Shown one piece after another: positions 33,001-41,801 of a DNA stretch of 64,000 nucleotides (positions within the stretch are counted from its first letter, which is position 1; the number at the start of each line of letters is the position of its first letter). Source of the stretch: Nitrospiraceae bacterium. Lineage in GTDB: Bacteria > Nitrospirota > Nitrospiria > Nitrospirales > Nitrospiraceae. The position numbers and the translations under genes were made by a program. The stretch lies in NCBI GenBank assembly GCA_050246315.1, contig JBFWWG010000003.1, positions 256,001 to 320,000 on the forward strand, written 5' to 3'. Below the pieces are notes generated by a model. That model saw only the letters and a program-made list of their open reading frames with translations. It was not told where the DNA came from and did not search any database.

Positions 33001-33397
33001 GGTCCTGGACAGCCCCGTGGTCAAGATCAGCGGCGCCGGTCATTACGACCTTCCGACGGATCAACTCGAGATGGTGTACGCCGTCAGCCCGTTCGGCTCC
33101 TATTCCAAGTTGGTCAGAACCATTCCGCTGTTCGGGCGTCTCTTTGCCGGCGACCGGACAGGGATTGCCACTGCCTTCTTTCAGGCCAGAGGTTCCATGG
33201 ACGATCCGGAGGTCACCTATCTGCCCATGAAATCCTTCGGAGAGGGCCTCTCTAGCCTGGCGTCACTGGCCTACGATGTTCTGCGTAATACGTTCAAAAT
33301 GCCGAAAGACTTCATCATCGGATCCGGAGAGGCGGTCCCCGCCCCGTCGTCGGAGATCGACGCACCGAGCAGCGTTCCCGACGGCAACTTGTATTGA
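30020..33397 (+). CDS. AsmA-family envelope protein
   Basis: N-terminal TM anchor; long beta-rich body; C-terminal IPLFGRLFAG...FQARGSMDDPEV. Confidence 0.85.
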   Translation: MRRILRFVVLSLVAGMLLAIASLFLVRSTTGRDYVKEFFVHQIEQNIGRRLEVGMVRIVLFPGIHLDLRDVTIYEPDGRQVFVTAQRIDTVLRLLPLLRRQVIGKRLVIEKPEITLRRTAPSSWNIATIASAAGTTSTGHKPGDWLMFVNETTVQQGTLRLIDEARPDGTRTMQLQDVTASFMVRPELQRAEVGLTARLQSDPGVASLSLTGTVGQTSPSVGFGLDNPRQTGPLYQFDGLMQADHLQIRQIADLLGPRPIPQELAGALNVQGRLRVVPGVSGYDMLFHEVTARLDKLALTGRASLAGVLSPQPTVSITFSASPVKLQDLVTYVPLRWIHPEIQAVLAEREVDGTVEVANATVTGSPDPNPQFGITGEFRIREGRALLGTDRVLTQHLTGTVFVDAGRIRIPAFSGDYGALHISQGKALVSFLDAGPWLELDLTGDMTAADLVGYLATSLRAPGVSRFLTSIRNIQGSAVPTFRLVGALNQPGGITFVGGEVRADDLSFDTPTVPQRVQHVTGLVRYSQSGTEFDAVAGQVGSTTFRVHGTVTAGATGAFQDLSIQTKGEIAELAPLMPGQVAQMTTRLMQGPVSLSIILSGPAEKPRLRAQAHLADALLRLPWIGEKPSGIPASVELEGELAPRGFTITQLDAVLPPTRIGVKGKLVFGRRFSIDVSLATGTVALSGLPEWLNRGGLEAGQVEVSLDVKGAQPDWSTWRTTGWIALTNGLMHLKGVDGPIQDLYARIRLVRDGAELKQLSFKLMDSDLSLSGLVRNWNTKPTMTAKIESSHLDLDLIIPKEGRSPIRDLLEYLAATSQVTATASIERGVYKQFRVGGLSGRINIDNGILDIDRVNARSEGGHLTGRLVVHLPKDDPAEAEASFRVAGVPFEEISHLLGVRDHFITGEMRLTGTLRGHGRNPHGMLPTLSGDAEVLVTDGRIFKSQKRALWKILSILNLPAVLQNQIDLEKDGLPFDRLTTSLVIQNGRLDSDRLVLDSPVVKISGAGHYDLPTDQLEMVYAVSPFGSYSKLVRTIPLFGRLFAGDRTGIATAFFQARGSMDDPEVTYLPMKSFGEGLSSLASLAYDVLRNTFKMPKDFIIGSGEAVPAPSSEIDAPSSVPDGNLY

Positions 33398-33450
33398 CCC
33401 CCCCTGCGTGCTAGCATCCACCTGGTTCTGATTTTCAAAGACGCGTACAC

Positions 33451-34602
33451 ATGTCTCACGAACGGACACCCTCCATGAACGCCGGTGCAACGCTGTTCTA
33501 CGCCGCCAGCGAAACCGATTCGAACCTCTACTATGCGACCCGATTCATCGCCCCGGATCCGTTCCTCTATGTCGATGTCAAAGGTGAACGCCTGCTCGTC
33601 ATGAGCGATCTGGAAATGGATCGAGCGCGACACCAGGCCAAGGTGGACCAAGTTCTTTCCTACTCAGAACTCGAGCGACGCGCCCGCACGGAGCCCGCCC
33701 AGCAGCCAGGACCGATGGACGTTGCCCATGTGCTGCTCCGTGAGCGGGGAGTGGACCAAATTCTCGTGCCGTCAAATTTTCCATTCGGTCACGCTCTCCG
33801 GCTACAGGAATTGGGGTACCGTGTGCAGACCAAGAAGGATCCCTTTTTCGAACAACGGGTGATCAAGTCAGCCGAGGAAGTCGCGCACATCGAAGCCTCC
33901 CAGCGCGCTACGGAAAAGGCGGTGACCGCTGCTCACGATCTGCTCCGCCGGTCAACCGTACTGGACGGGATGCTCTGGTTCGAGGGTGAACCGCTCACGT
34001 CCGAACGGGTAAAAAAACTGATCAACGTGAGGCTCATGGAAGACGACTGCGTCGCGCAACATACCATCGTGGCGGGCGGCGAGCAGGCCTGCGATCCACA
34101 CGACGAAGGCAGCGGCCCGCTGCCGGCGGACCGGAGCATCATCTTCGACGTGTTCCCGCGATCCGCAGCCTCCCGCTATTTCGCCGATATGTCGCGAACC
34201 GTCGTGCGGGGAACCGCGTCGCCGGTGCTGCAGCGGTTGTACCAAACCGTCCTCGATGCACAAGAAGAAGCGATCGACTCTATCCGCGATGGAGCCGACG
34301 GGGCGAAGATCCACCAGCGAATTTGCGAACGCTTCGACGCGGCGGGGTATCGCACCGGCCTCGTTCACGGGCGCATGCAGGGATACTTTCACGGCACGGG
34401 CCATGGGGTCGGATTGGACATCCATGAAGCGCCAAGGATCAGCCGCAATGGGTCGACGCTCCAGGAAGGCCATGTGGTCACGGTGGAGCCGGGACTCTAC
34501 TATCCCGGCCTCGGCGCCGTACGGATCGAAGACATGGTCCTTGTGACCTCCGACGGCTGCCGCAACCTCACGCACTATCCCAAGGTGTTGCAGCTCGACT
34601 AA
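33451..34602 (+). CDS. M24-family Xaa-Pro aminopeptidase
   Basis: IIFDVFP, FADMSRT, HGTGHGVGLDIHE, TVEPGLY, VRIED. Confidence 0.93.
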   Translation: MSHERTPSMNAGATLFYAASETDSNLYYATRFIAPDPFLYVDVKGERLLVMSDLEMDRARHQAKVDQVLSYSELERRARTEPAQQPGPMDVAHVLLRERGVDQILVPSNFPFGHALRLQELGYRVQTKKDPFFEQRVIKSAEEVAHIEASQRATEKAVTAAHDLLRRSTVLDGMLWFEGEPLTSERVKKLINVRLMEDDCVAQHTIVAGGEQACDPHDEGSGPLPADRSIIFDVFPRSAASRYFADMSRTVVRGTASPVLQRLYQTVLDAQEEAIDSIRDGADGAKIHQRICERFDAAGYRTGLVHGRMQGYFHGTGHGVGLDIHEAPRISRNGSTLQEGHVVTVEPGLYYPGLGAVRIEDMVLVTSDGCRNLTHYPKVLQLD

Positions 34603-34708
34603 TGTCCTGAGTCTGAAATGCGTGGAGTAAGTCCAGGGCATAAAGTCGCTATCAACCAAGCAGTTGGCTGCTAGAATTATCATGCGAACTTCAGACTCAG
34701 GACACTAG
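34599..34708. mobile_element. MITE-like element with 19-bp terminal inverted repeats
   Basis: CTAATGTCCTGAGTCTGAA ... TTCAGACTCAGGACACTAG (18/19 match); AT-richer interior; no ORF. Confidence 0.7.
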
Positions 34709-34716
34709 ATTCGGCT

Positions 34717-35700
34717 ATGCGCCTGACCTTTCGTCTGCTCCGGTTCAATCCCGAAACCGGCGACCCCGCTTCCAGCCAGGACTTTCGTCTCGACATCCAC
34801 CGCGGTATGACCGTGTTGGAAGCCTTGATCCGCATCAAGAACGAGCTCGACGGCACGTTGAGCCTTCGCTATTCCTGTCGGTCGGCCATCTGCGGTTCCT
34901 GCGCCATGGATATCAACGGGTCCGAGAAGCTCGCCTGCCGCACGTCCGTGCGTCACGAATTCGAGCGCCATGGGCAGGTGGCGGTCGGACCGCTCCGCAA
35001 TATGCCCGTCATCAAGGACCTGGTCGTGGACATGGCGCCATTCTGGAACAAGATTCGCTCTGTCGCACCGTGGCTATCTTCGAAGAGCGCCATACCGGCT
35101 CAGCCAGCCGAGCAGATGATCATCTTCCCCAGCCAGGCTCAGTTCCACAATGTCGAGGCCTGTATCATGTGCGGGGCCTGTGTGGCCGCCTGCTCGACCC
35201 ACGAGGTCTCCCGTGGCTTTCTGGGTCCGGCTGCCCTGGCGAAGGCGGACCGGTTCCTTGCGGATCCTCGCGAGCCACCACACGTCAAACAGTTCCGTCT
35301 CGAACAGCTTCAAAACAGCGACGGCATCTGGGATTGCACCCGATGCAATTTCTGCGTACAGGTCTGTCCGAAGGACGTGAAACCGATGGAGGCGATCATC
35401 CGGCTTCGCCGCGCCTCGTTACAGCAGGGCGCCACGCAGACCGGCGGCGCGAGACATATCATCGGGTTCCGGCAGCTGATCGAACGAGCCGGTCGGCTTA
35501 ATGAAGCACTGATGCCGTTGAAGGTCGTTGGCTTCGACATCGATCGAATGGTCCAGGTCGGACCGTTGGGTTTGCGGATGCTCGTGCGAGGGAAGGTACC
35601 CAGCCCGTTCGGACATGCCATTCCAGGCATTGAACAGGTGCGGGCCATCTTTCGAGCGGTTGGACAACGGCGACGGGTTGCGCAGCCGACACGGCTCTAA
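34717..35700 (+). CDS. sdhB: succinate dehydrogenase/fumarate reductase Fe-S subunit
   Basis: SCRSAICGSC..C, CIMCGACVAAC, CTRCNFCVQVCP. Confidence 0.92.
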   Translation: MRLTFRLLRFNPETGDPASSQDFRLDIHRGMTVLEALIRIKNELDGTLSLRYSCRSAICGSCAMDINGSEKLACRTSVRHEFERHGQVAVGPLRNMPVIKDLVVDMAPFWNKIRSVAPWLSSKSAIPAQPAEQMIIFPSQAQFHNVEACIMCGACVAACSTHEVSRGFLGPAALAKADRFLADPREPPHVKQFRLEQLQNSDGIWDCTRCNFCVQVCPKDVKPMEAIIRLRRASLQQGATQTGGARHIIGFRQLIERAGRLNEALMPLKVVGFDIDRMVQVGPLGLRMLVRGKVPSPFGHAIPGIEQVRAIFRAVGQRRRVAQPTRL

Positions 35701-35732
35701 TCCTCGCGCGGCCGCGACAATCGCAATCAGCG

Positions 35733-37163
35733 TTACCCCTTGATGCAGACCATCGGTTCAAGACGCGCCACCACGCCTGCCAGATTCGCCTCATCGGTGA
35801 CCTGTACGACTGCGCTCACATCCTTATAAGCGCCTGGCGCTTCCTCAGCGACTCCCCGAAGTGATGGACTCCGGATCACGATTCCGCGTCGCCCTAGTTC
35901 GCTGACAACGTCGCGACCCTGCCATTGGCGAACGGCCTGATGCCGGCTCATACTGCGGCCTGCCCCGTGACAGGCGGAGCCGAAAGCCAGGGCCATGCCT
36001 TCCCGCGTCCCTACGAGAATATACGATGATGTTCCCATGGTTCCACCGATCAGCACCGGCTGTCCGACATCCCTGAACCCCGGCGGCAAGTCTGGATGGC
36101 CCGGGCCAAATGCTCTCGTGGCGCCCTTCCGATGCACGAACAACCGCTTGAGCTTCTCATCAACGACATGGTCCTCGATCTTACAGGTATTGTGCGAGAC
36201 GTCATACAAAACGCCCAGATCGGCTTGCGGTAGGACTTCCGCGAACGCCTTTCTGACCAGATGGGTGATGATTTGTCGATTGGCCATAGCACAATTCATG
36301 GCCGCGCGCATCGCCCCCAGGTAATCCTGCCCGACATCCGAATGGATCGGCGCGCAGGCCAGTTCTCGGTCCGGCAGGTGAATCTTGTATCGGGCGGTGT
36401 TGACCGCCATGGTCTTGAGAAATTCCGTTCCGATTTGATGGCCGAGTCCACGGGAGCCGCAATGAATGCTGATCACCACATCGCCCTCCTGGAGACCGAA
36501 AGCACTGGCGATTTCAGGGTTGAACACCCGTACGACGCGCTGAACTTCTAAGTAGTGGTTGCCAGATCCCAGAGTGCCCATTTCGTCGCGTTGTCGTGTC
36601 TTGGCGCGATCGGATACGACTGACGGCACAGCTCCCGCAATACATCCTTGCTCTTCCGTGTGTGCCAGGTCGGCAGTCAGCCCATAGCCCTGTCCGACCG
36701 CCCATCGCGCGCCGCCCGCCAACATGGCGTCCATGGGCTCCGCCTTCAGATGCAGGCGGCCGGTGCTGCCGACACCGGCCGGCACGTGTTGAAAAAGTCT
36801 GTCCGCCAACCGCTCCTTGAGCGGCTCGACATCCTCGGTTGTGAGCCCCGTCGTGAGTGTACGGACCCCGCACGAGATATCAAACCCAACCCCGCCGGCG
36901 GAAATGATCCCTCCCTGATCCGGATCAAATGCGGCGACACCTCCGATGGGAAATCCGTATCCCCAATGGGCATCCGGCATGGCATGGGAAGCCTTGACGA
37001 TGCCGGGGAGCGTCGCAACATTCGTCACCTGTTCATAGACCTTGTCGTCCATTTCCCGCACCAGCGCCTCGGTTCCGTAAATGATGCCTGGTACCCGCAT
37101 CGCTCCGAATGGACGAATGTGCCACTCGCACACTGATCGGCGCGTCAGCAGCTCAAGATTCAT
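35733..37163 (-). CDS. rtcB: RNA-splicing ligase RtcB
   Basis: MPDAHWGYGFPIG, DISCG, GSGNHYLE, HRKGATRA, CHGAGR. Confidence 0.97.
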   Translation of the reverse strand: MNLELLTRRSVCEWHIRPFGAMRVPGIIYGTEALVREMDDKVYEQVTNVATLPGIVKASHAMPDAHWGYGFPIGGVAAFDPDQGGIISAGGVGFDISCGVRTLTTGLTTEDVEPLKERLADRLFQHVPAGVGSTGRLHLKAEPMDAMLAGGARWAVGQGYGLTADLAHTEEQGCIAGAVPSVVSDRAKTRQRDEMGTLGSGNHYLEVQRVVRVFNPEIASAFGLQEGDVVISIHCGSRGLGHQIGTEFLKTMAVNTARYKIHLPDRELACAPIHSDVGQDYLGAMRAAMNCAMANRQIITHLVRKAFAEVLPQADLGVLYDVSHNTCKIEDHVVDEKLKRLFVHRKGATRAFGPGHPDLPPGFRDVGQPVLIGGTMGTSSYILVGTREGMALAFGSACHGAGRSMSRHQAVRQWQGRDVVSELGRRGIVIRSPSLRGVAEEAPGAYKDVSAVVQVTDEANLAGVVARLEPMVCIKG

Positions 37164-37187
37164 CTTCTCCTCGCAGAGTCCCAGCAG

Positions 37188-37655
37188 TCAGACATCTACC
37201 ACACATTGCGCTGTCCACAACCCCTGGCAATCGTGGGTGACGGCGAGACTCGTATAGGTCGCGCCCTTCACCTCGACGGCCGGGTTGTGTCTTTCCGGGT
37301 CGACCGGCTCTCCCCACATGGTCGCCTCCAACCGATGATCCGACAGACGGACTTCGAAGCGGCTAAAGAGCATCTTGCGCGTCGCCATTTCGTATACCAG
37401 CGCATTCAGCCAATCCACCAGCAGCAACTCGTCGTCGGGTGCCTCACACCGAACTGTGCAGGGCTCTGCGGGGCTGACACCCCGGGGGTCTGTCGTGACG
37501 GCGGTGAGGGCCATCGCCGCGCCCACAAATGCCAATTCCTTGGTCGGACCGATTCCGCGCACACCCATATCGGCTTGATGTGGGAAATGTTCCCACGACA
37601 GCTTCGTACGGATGGTTTCCGCCGCAGCAGAAGCCACGGACTTTGGAACGGTCAT
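37188..37655 (-). CDS. archease
   Basis: [23 protein letters not shown]; directly upstream of rtcB. Confidence 0.93.
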   Translation of the reverse strand: MTVPKSVASAAAETIRTKLSWEHFPHQADMGVRGIGPTKELAFVGAAMALTAVTTDPRGVSPAEPCTVRCEAPDDELLLVDWLNALVYEMATRKMLFSRFEVRLSDHRLEATMWGEPVDPERHNPAVEVKGATYTSLAVTHDCQGLWTAQCVVDV

Positions 37656-37848
37656 ACTCGCTACGCTGATTGATCGAACCGGCAGACAGGTCTATCGGAC
37701 AGGCTACGCCAGCCAGCCGCCGATGTCGAGGCTGGCGCTTCACAGACAGGCATCGTTCGACGGGACAGCACGAATCACAAAAAAGATTGGAGAATGGGCG
37801 TTGTCTCGTCAGAATGAACAGTGGAAAATCTGTGCTTGCCGATCCCCC

Positions 37849-38229
37849 ATGCACGAGGCCAGAACAGTTCCCCGCTTTCCCGTTCAATTCAGAAGTTCGT
37901 TTACTTCGACCAATGTCACGGGAGGAGAAGGCAGTGTGGTCGATCTTTCAGTGCGCGGATGCCGGATCGAATCCTCCACGCATATCCTCACGGGAACGGT
38001 GCTGGAACTCCGTATCTTCGCCTCCGATGAGGAAGCACCTCTTGGCATTGACCAGGTGATTGTTCGTTGGACCAGAGGAAGGGTCTTCGGGGTAGAGTTT
38101 GTCTCCATCCAACCGGAGGAATGGGTTCGACTCCAACAGGCTGTGAAACGTTTGGACCAGGGCGCGTCCGCCAGATCCATTGCTCCGGCGGATGACAGTA
38201 GATCAACCTTCAAAAGGGAAGTGAGGTAG
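37849..38229 (+). CDS. PilZ-domain protein
   Basis: RTVPR (RxxxR) and DLSVRG (DxSxxG) motifs. Confidence 0.85.
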   Translation: MHEARTVPRFPVQFRSSFTSTNVTGGEGSVVDLSVRGCRIESSTHILTGTVLELRIFASDEEAPLGIDQVIVRWTRGRVFGVEFVSIQPEEWVRLQQAVKRLDQGASARSIAPADDSRSTFKREVR

Positions 38230-38244
38230 GAACGATCACAGTCC

Positions 38245-38436
38245 TCAACCTGCTTTCGTCACGGCGCCCGATCGCAAACAACGGGTGCAGACACGGAGGT
38301 GCGTGGGAGATCCCTCTACGACCGCATGAACCCGCTGCAAATTGGGGTTAAATACCCGTCTTGTCTTGTTGTTGGCATGGCTGACATTGTTGCCGGTCCG
38401 ATGCCCCTTCCCGCAGACGTCACAACGATAAGCCAC
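38245..38436 (-). CDS. rpmB: 50S ribosomal protein L28 (zinc-ribbon form)
   Basis: GTG start after [38 protein letters not shown]. Confidence 0.97.
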   Translation of the reverse strand: MAYRCDVCGKGHRTGNNVSHANNKTRRVFNPNLQRVHAVVEGSPTHLRVCTRCLRSGAVTKAG

Positions 38437-38576
38437 GATAAACTCCTTGGTTTCACCGATTCTGTGAAGGCGCCATTCTATCACAGGACTCCGCCGTGGA
38501 ACAAGATCCACCGATTCTCACCTATTGTGTCTGGGATGCGGTAGAAAGCTTTCGCCTTCGACGGCGCGACGCGGAC

Positions 38577-40004
38577 TCAGCCATGTCGTGCGCGATGAGG
38601 ACGATCGCGTTCCGTAGCGACGCCAGGTCGCCCTGGTTCGGGAAGCGAAGGCGTCACGATATCGAAGGTGGTGTCTCCGTCATCGTCGAGTCCGTCTTTT
38701 CCGACGCTGTAGAGACGGCGATGGGACTGACTCCACAGCATCGGGAGCCCCGAGAAGGGATCAAAGTACTCCGGTCCAGCCTGGCTGATCCGTTCGGCGA
38801 TCTTCTCCGTGTCACGTGCGCCTCGTATGATGACTTGAAGCGCGATCAGCCTCAACTTCGCATCTGTCGCCAACAATCGTTGGGTGAAGGACTCCCAAGA
38901 GGGATCAAACCCAATCGGGTTGAGCAGTTGCTCGAACAACGTACGATGCGACTCCTCGGTCACTTCATGCAAATGGGGGAGGGGACTGTGTAGAACCGCC
39001 GAGGACGTGATGAGTGCGTCATAATAGGTCGCATAGGCGTCCCAGGTACCTTGTGTCTCCAATGTCATGCCGAACACCGTTTGGGCAGCAGGATGCTGGA
39101 CTTTCGTGAACGCGTCGGAATGCAGACCGGCCGCGTGCGCCAGCCACTGCCGATTCAGATCGGCCTCGTCGGCGCCAACAAAATTCTCGACCGACAGCAG
39201 TTCCTTCCGACGAGCCAGTCCCAGCGCGAATTCATTTTGGATCGGCCATCGCATCGCGCTTTCCTCATGGGTCAGCGCATGACCGATCTGTCGGGCCGTG
39301 GTCACGACTACAGGATCGGGGTCCGGTGTGATGAGCGCCTTGGAGAGCAGGCTCAGGTTGTCGTCCAGCATGGTCACCGCCATTATTTTCATGGGAATGG
39401 TCTTCGCGTCGGCCAGCACTCGCCGCCATGCGATTGTGTCCTGTTGCAGGCGGGAAGCTCCGATCGTCACGCTCTGCGCAAATCCCTCACCGATGAAAAG
39501 CCGGTGGACCGCCAGGATTTCCGTAAACCGTGGGCTGGCCGGATGGCCGAATCCCCAATCTTCAAATGACATGGTCAGCCATCGCCGGTATCGGCCGAGC
39601 AACACCGCATACCGTGTCATCGACGTGCGCATCGTCACGCCCTGTTCCTGAAACGACCGAACCGGATCGGTTACGGACCATTCTGGCACGACCACATCCG
39701 GGCTGATTGTGATGCGAAGAGAGGCCCGCTCCCCTTTCACCAGATCGAAATGTCGATTGCCGCGATGAGCCTCGGCCTCCAACCAGATCTCATAGCCGAC
39801 CTGAACCGGATCTGCGGCCGAATCTGTTGTAAGACCGAGTAACAGAAAATATCCGTTCTGGAGGGGGCTTTCTAAACGCACTGCCGGTGTTTGGCCAAGC
39901 CGGCGAAAGACCTCACTCGGTCCCTCGCGTTTCGCTGAAAAGATCAGGCCGGACACCTCCAAGAACACGGCCAGGAGGCACATCGTAATGAGCAGGTTTC
40001 TCAT
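38577..40004 (-). CDS. membrane-anchored hypothetical protein with pseudopilin-G-like C-terminal motif
   Basis: N-terminal TM (LLITMCLLAVFLEVSGLIF); C-terminal DPFSG...LYSVGKDGLDDDG. Confidence 0.7.
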   Translation of the reverse strand: MRNLLITMCLLAVFLEVSGLIFSAKREGPSEVFRRLGQTPAVRLESPLQNGYFLLLGLTTDSAADPVQVGYEIWLEAEAHRGNRHFDLVKGERASLRITISPDVVVPEWSVTDPVRSFQEQGVTMRTSMTRYAVLLGRYRRWLTMSFEDWGFGHPASPRFTEILAVHRLFIGEGFAQSVTIGASRLQQDTIAWRRVLADAKTIPMKIMAVTMLDDNLSLLSKALITPDPDPVVVTTARQIGHALTHEESAMRWPIQNEFALGLARRKELLSVENFVGADEADLNRQWLAHAAGLHSDAFTKVQHPAAQTVFGMTLETQGTWDAYATYYDALITSSAVLHSPLPHLHEVTEESHRTLFEQLLNPIGFDPSWESFTQRLLATDAKLRLIALQVIIRGARDTEKIAERISQAGPEYFDPFSGLPMLWSQSHRRLYSVGKDGLDDDGDTTFDIVTPSLPEPGRPGVATERDRPHRARHG

Positions 40005-40113
40005 CGAGTTGGAACCCGTTTCCCGGCACCTTGGCGGCGGTCTGATGCCATATTGGACAATCTCTGGTCTGATTGATCGCGCTGGCGCACACAATGCCGG
40101 TCGGAGGATAGGA

Positions 40114-40128
40114 GCAAGCGATGTGCCA
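40114..40128 (-). promoter_or_regulatory. sigma54 (-24/-12) promoter
   Basis: Minus strand TGGCAC-ATCGC-TTGC, matching the consensus, about 110 nt upstream of ATG 40004. Confidence 0.75.
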
Positions 40129-40267
40129 TTCATCACCAGGTAGACCAGCGTGTCCCGCAATGGGAAACACATTAATGGGTGCCGACTTGACCAGAATCGG
40201 CTCAAGATGCCGCTTTGCGCCGTTGACACAATTGGCCGACGCCGAAACAAGCAGAACAAAATTGACC

Positions 40268-40297
40268 TTGACATCATTTCGAACGGTCTCCTAGAGT
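40268..40297 (+). promoter_or_regulatory. sigma70 promoter of btuF-like gene
   Basis: TTGACA-N18-TAGAGT. Confidence 0.6.
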
Positions 40298-40309
40298 GCG
40301 AGCCACAAC

Positions 40310-40475
40310 GACGACTGCCTGGGTGTGGGTGAAGGACCAAGGTGAGAATTCTCGTGGTCTTGCCGCGGTAACGGGAACCGGACTCCGAACCGACCTTGCC
40401 TCTCGGTGGGAGAGACAGTCCAGAGGCCAAAAGCCCCGCCGACGAGACCAAGCATTGTGCCCTCGCGCGGTGGAG
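40310..40475 (+). promoter_or_regulatory. degenerate cobalamin riboswitch candidate
   Basis: GGTGAGAATTCT and GCCGCGGTAACGGGAAC resemble core elements; TGCCTGG/CCAAGCA closing stem; upstream of btuF-cobQ-pduO and followed by a terminator. Confidence 0.5.
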
Positions 40476-40501
40476 GACCGTGAGGACAAGAACGCGGGTG
40501 C

Positions 40502-40541
40502 AATCCTCAGGGTCGGAATTGGCCTTGGGGATTTTTTATTT
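40502..40541 (+). terminator. intrinsic terminator/attenuator in btuF leader
   Basis: AATCCTCAGGGTC-loop-GGCCTTGGGGATT followed by TTTTATTT. Confidence 0.7.
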
Positions 40542-40649
40542 GTACGACGATCCCGAAGACAGACTTTCCTCACGATGGCAATCGTCCAACGGCTTGTCGT
40601 CGCATCTGTTCGGCCTCCTGCGTGCGCAGAATCTCTCGGAGCATTCGAT

Positions 40650-41564
40650 ATGAAACGCCGCCAACCGGGCATTCTGACGGGCATGCCTTTCATGGCCAAC
40701 ATCAGCGCAAGGACCTTCGTGGATGACACAGGGCGGAAGGTCTTTCTTGCCAACCCGCCGCAGCGTATCGTTTCGCTTGCGCCCAACATCACCGAAATGT
40801 TGTTTGCGTTGGACTCCGGCGGTCGCGTGGTCGGAATAACCTCGTCTTGCAATTTTCCGAGGGAGGCGGCGGCTCTACCAAAAGTCGGGGGGGCAACCCC
40901 AAGCGTCGAGTGCATAATCCGGCTCAATCCGGACCTCGTGCTGACTCCACGAGGATATCTGAACGACGATGCCGTTCGACGAATGTCTCAACTGAAGATT
41001 CCTCTCTTTTCCTTCGAAACTCAGACACTCGATGATGTACTCCGACACCTTTCAACACTGGGCCGACTGCTCGATCGCGGCAAGACGGCAGATGCGCTGG
41101 TGGGGGGATTGCGCCAACGGATCAAACAGATCGGTACGCCCTCGGCCGACCGCCCCCGCCCAAAGGTGCTCTATGTATTCAGCTGCGATCCCTTGACCAC
41201 CGTCGGACCGGGCAACTTTGTTCATTACCTCATCGAGATGGCAGGCGGCACCAATATCGCCGCGGACACAACGACCGCGTTTCCACGGCTTTCCATAGAA
41301 TCCGCACTCAAGAGTAATCCGGACATTCTGCTCCTTCCGGCAGGTGGGTCGGTCTCGGCTTTCGATTCGTGGTTGTCCGAGTGGCGGATGCGGTCAGCCC
41401 TATCGGCCATCAGACATACCCGGCTCGTATTGGTGGACAGCGACCTCTTAGATCGCCCCGGTCCACGCATTGTCGAAGGATTGGAACACCTGACTCAGGC
41501 ATTCCGCTCCGATCCCTCAACCTCCGATTCTGTTCAGCCTGATCCTCCAGATCCCGGGCTATGA
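40650..41564 (+). CDS. BtuF-like cobalamin ABC substrate-binding protein (start uncertain)
   Basis: PQRIVSLAPNITEMLFAL, NPDLVL, DRPGPRIVEG. Confidence 0.8.
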   Translation: MKRRQPGILTGMPFMANISARTFVDDTGRKVFLANPPQRIVSLAPNITEMLFALDSGGRVVGITSSCNFPREAAALPKVGGATPSVECIIRLNPDLVLTPRGYLNDDAVRRMSQLKIPLFSFETQTLDDVLRHLSTLGRLLDRGKTADALVGGLRQRIKQIGTPSADRPRPKVLYVFSCDPLTTVGPGNFVHYLIEMAGGTNIAADTTTAFPRLSIESALKSNPDILLLPAGGSVSAFDSWLSEWRMRSALSAIRHTRLVLVDSDLLDRPGPRIVEGLEHLTQAFRSDPSTSDSVQPDPPDPGL

Positions 41565-41801
41565 TCAGGGTCATCAGACCAGTCGGTCACGCCGCAGGAA
41601 GGCTCACTGAGTCGCCGTTCAAGAAGCGCGGCCTCACCTGCTCCGGCCGGTGTCCCGGTGTCTCCTTCCGGTTGCGCGCCCGGTTGCCATCGCGGAAGGA
41701 CGGTTACCCCATTGTGGCGGCGTTCCGGTCCGGTCTTCTGAAACATCATGATGCCCTATGCATCCCTAAACCCGCTGGTGCACAGTCGTGAGTACGACAC
41801 C

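Noticed and set aside
40296..40649. Extended N-termini of btuF (40296) and of the 38577-40451 ORF
   Set aside because: They run through the promoters, riboswitch-like leader and terminator.
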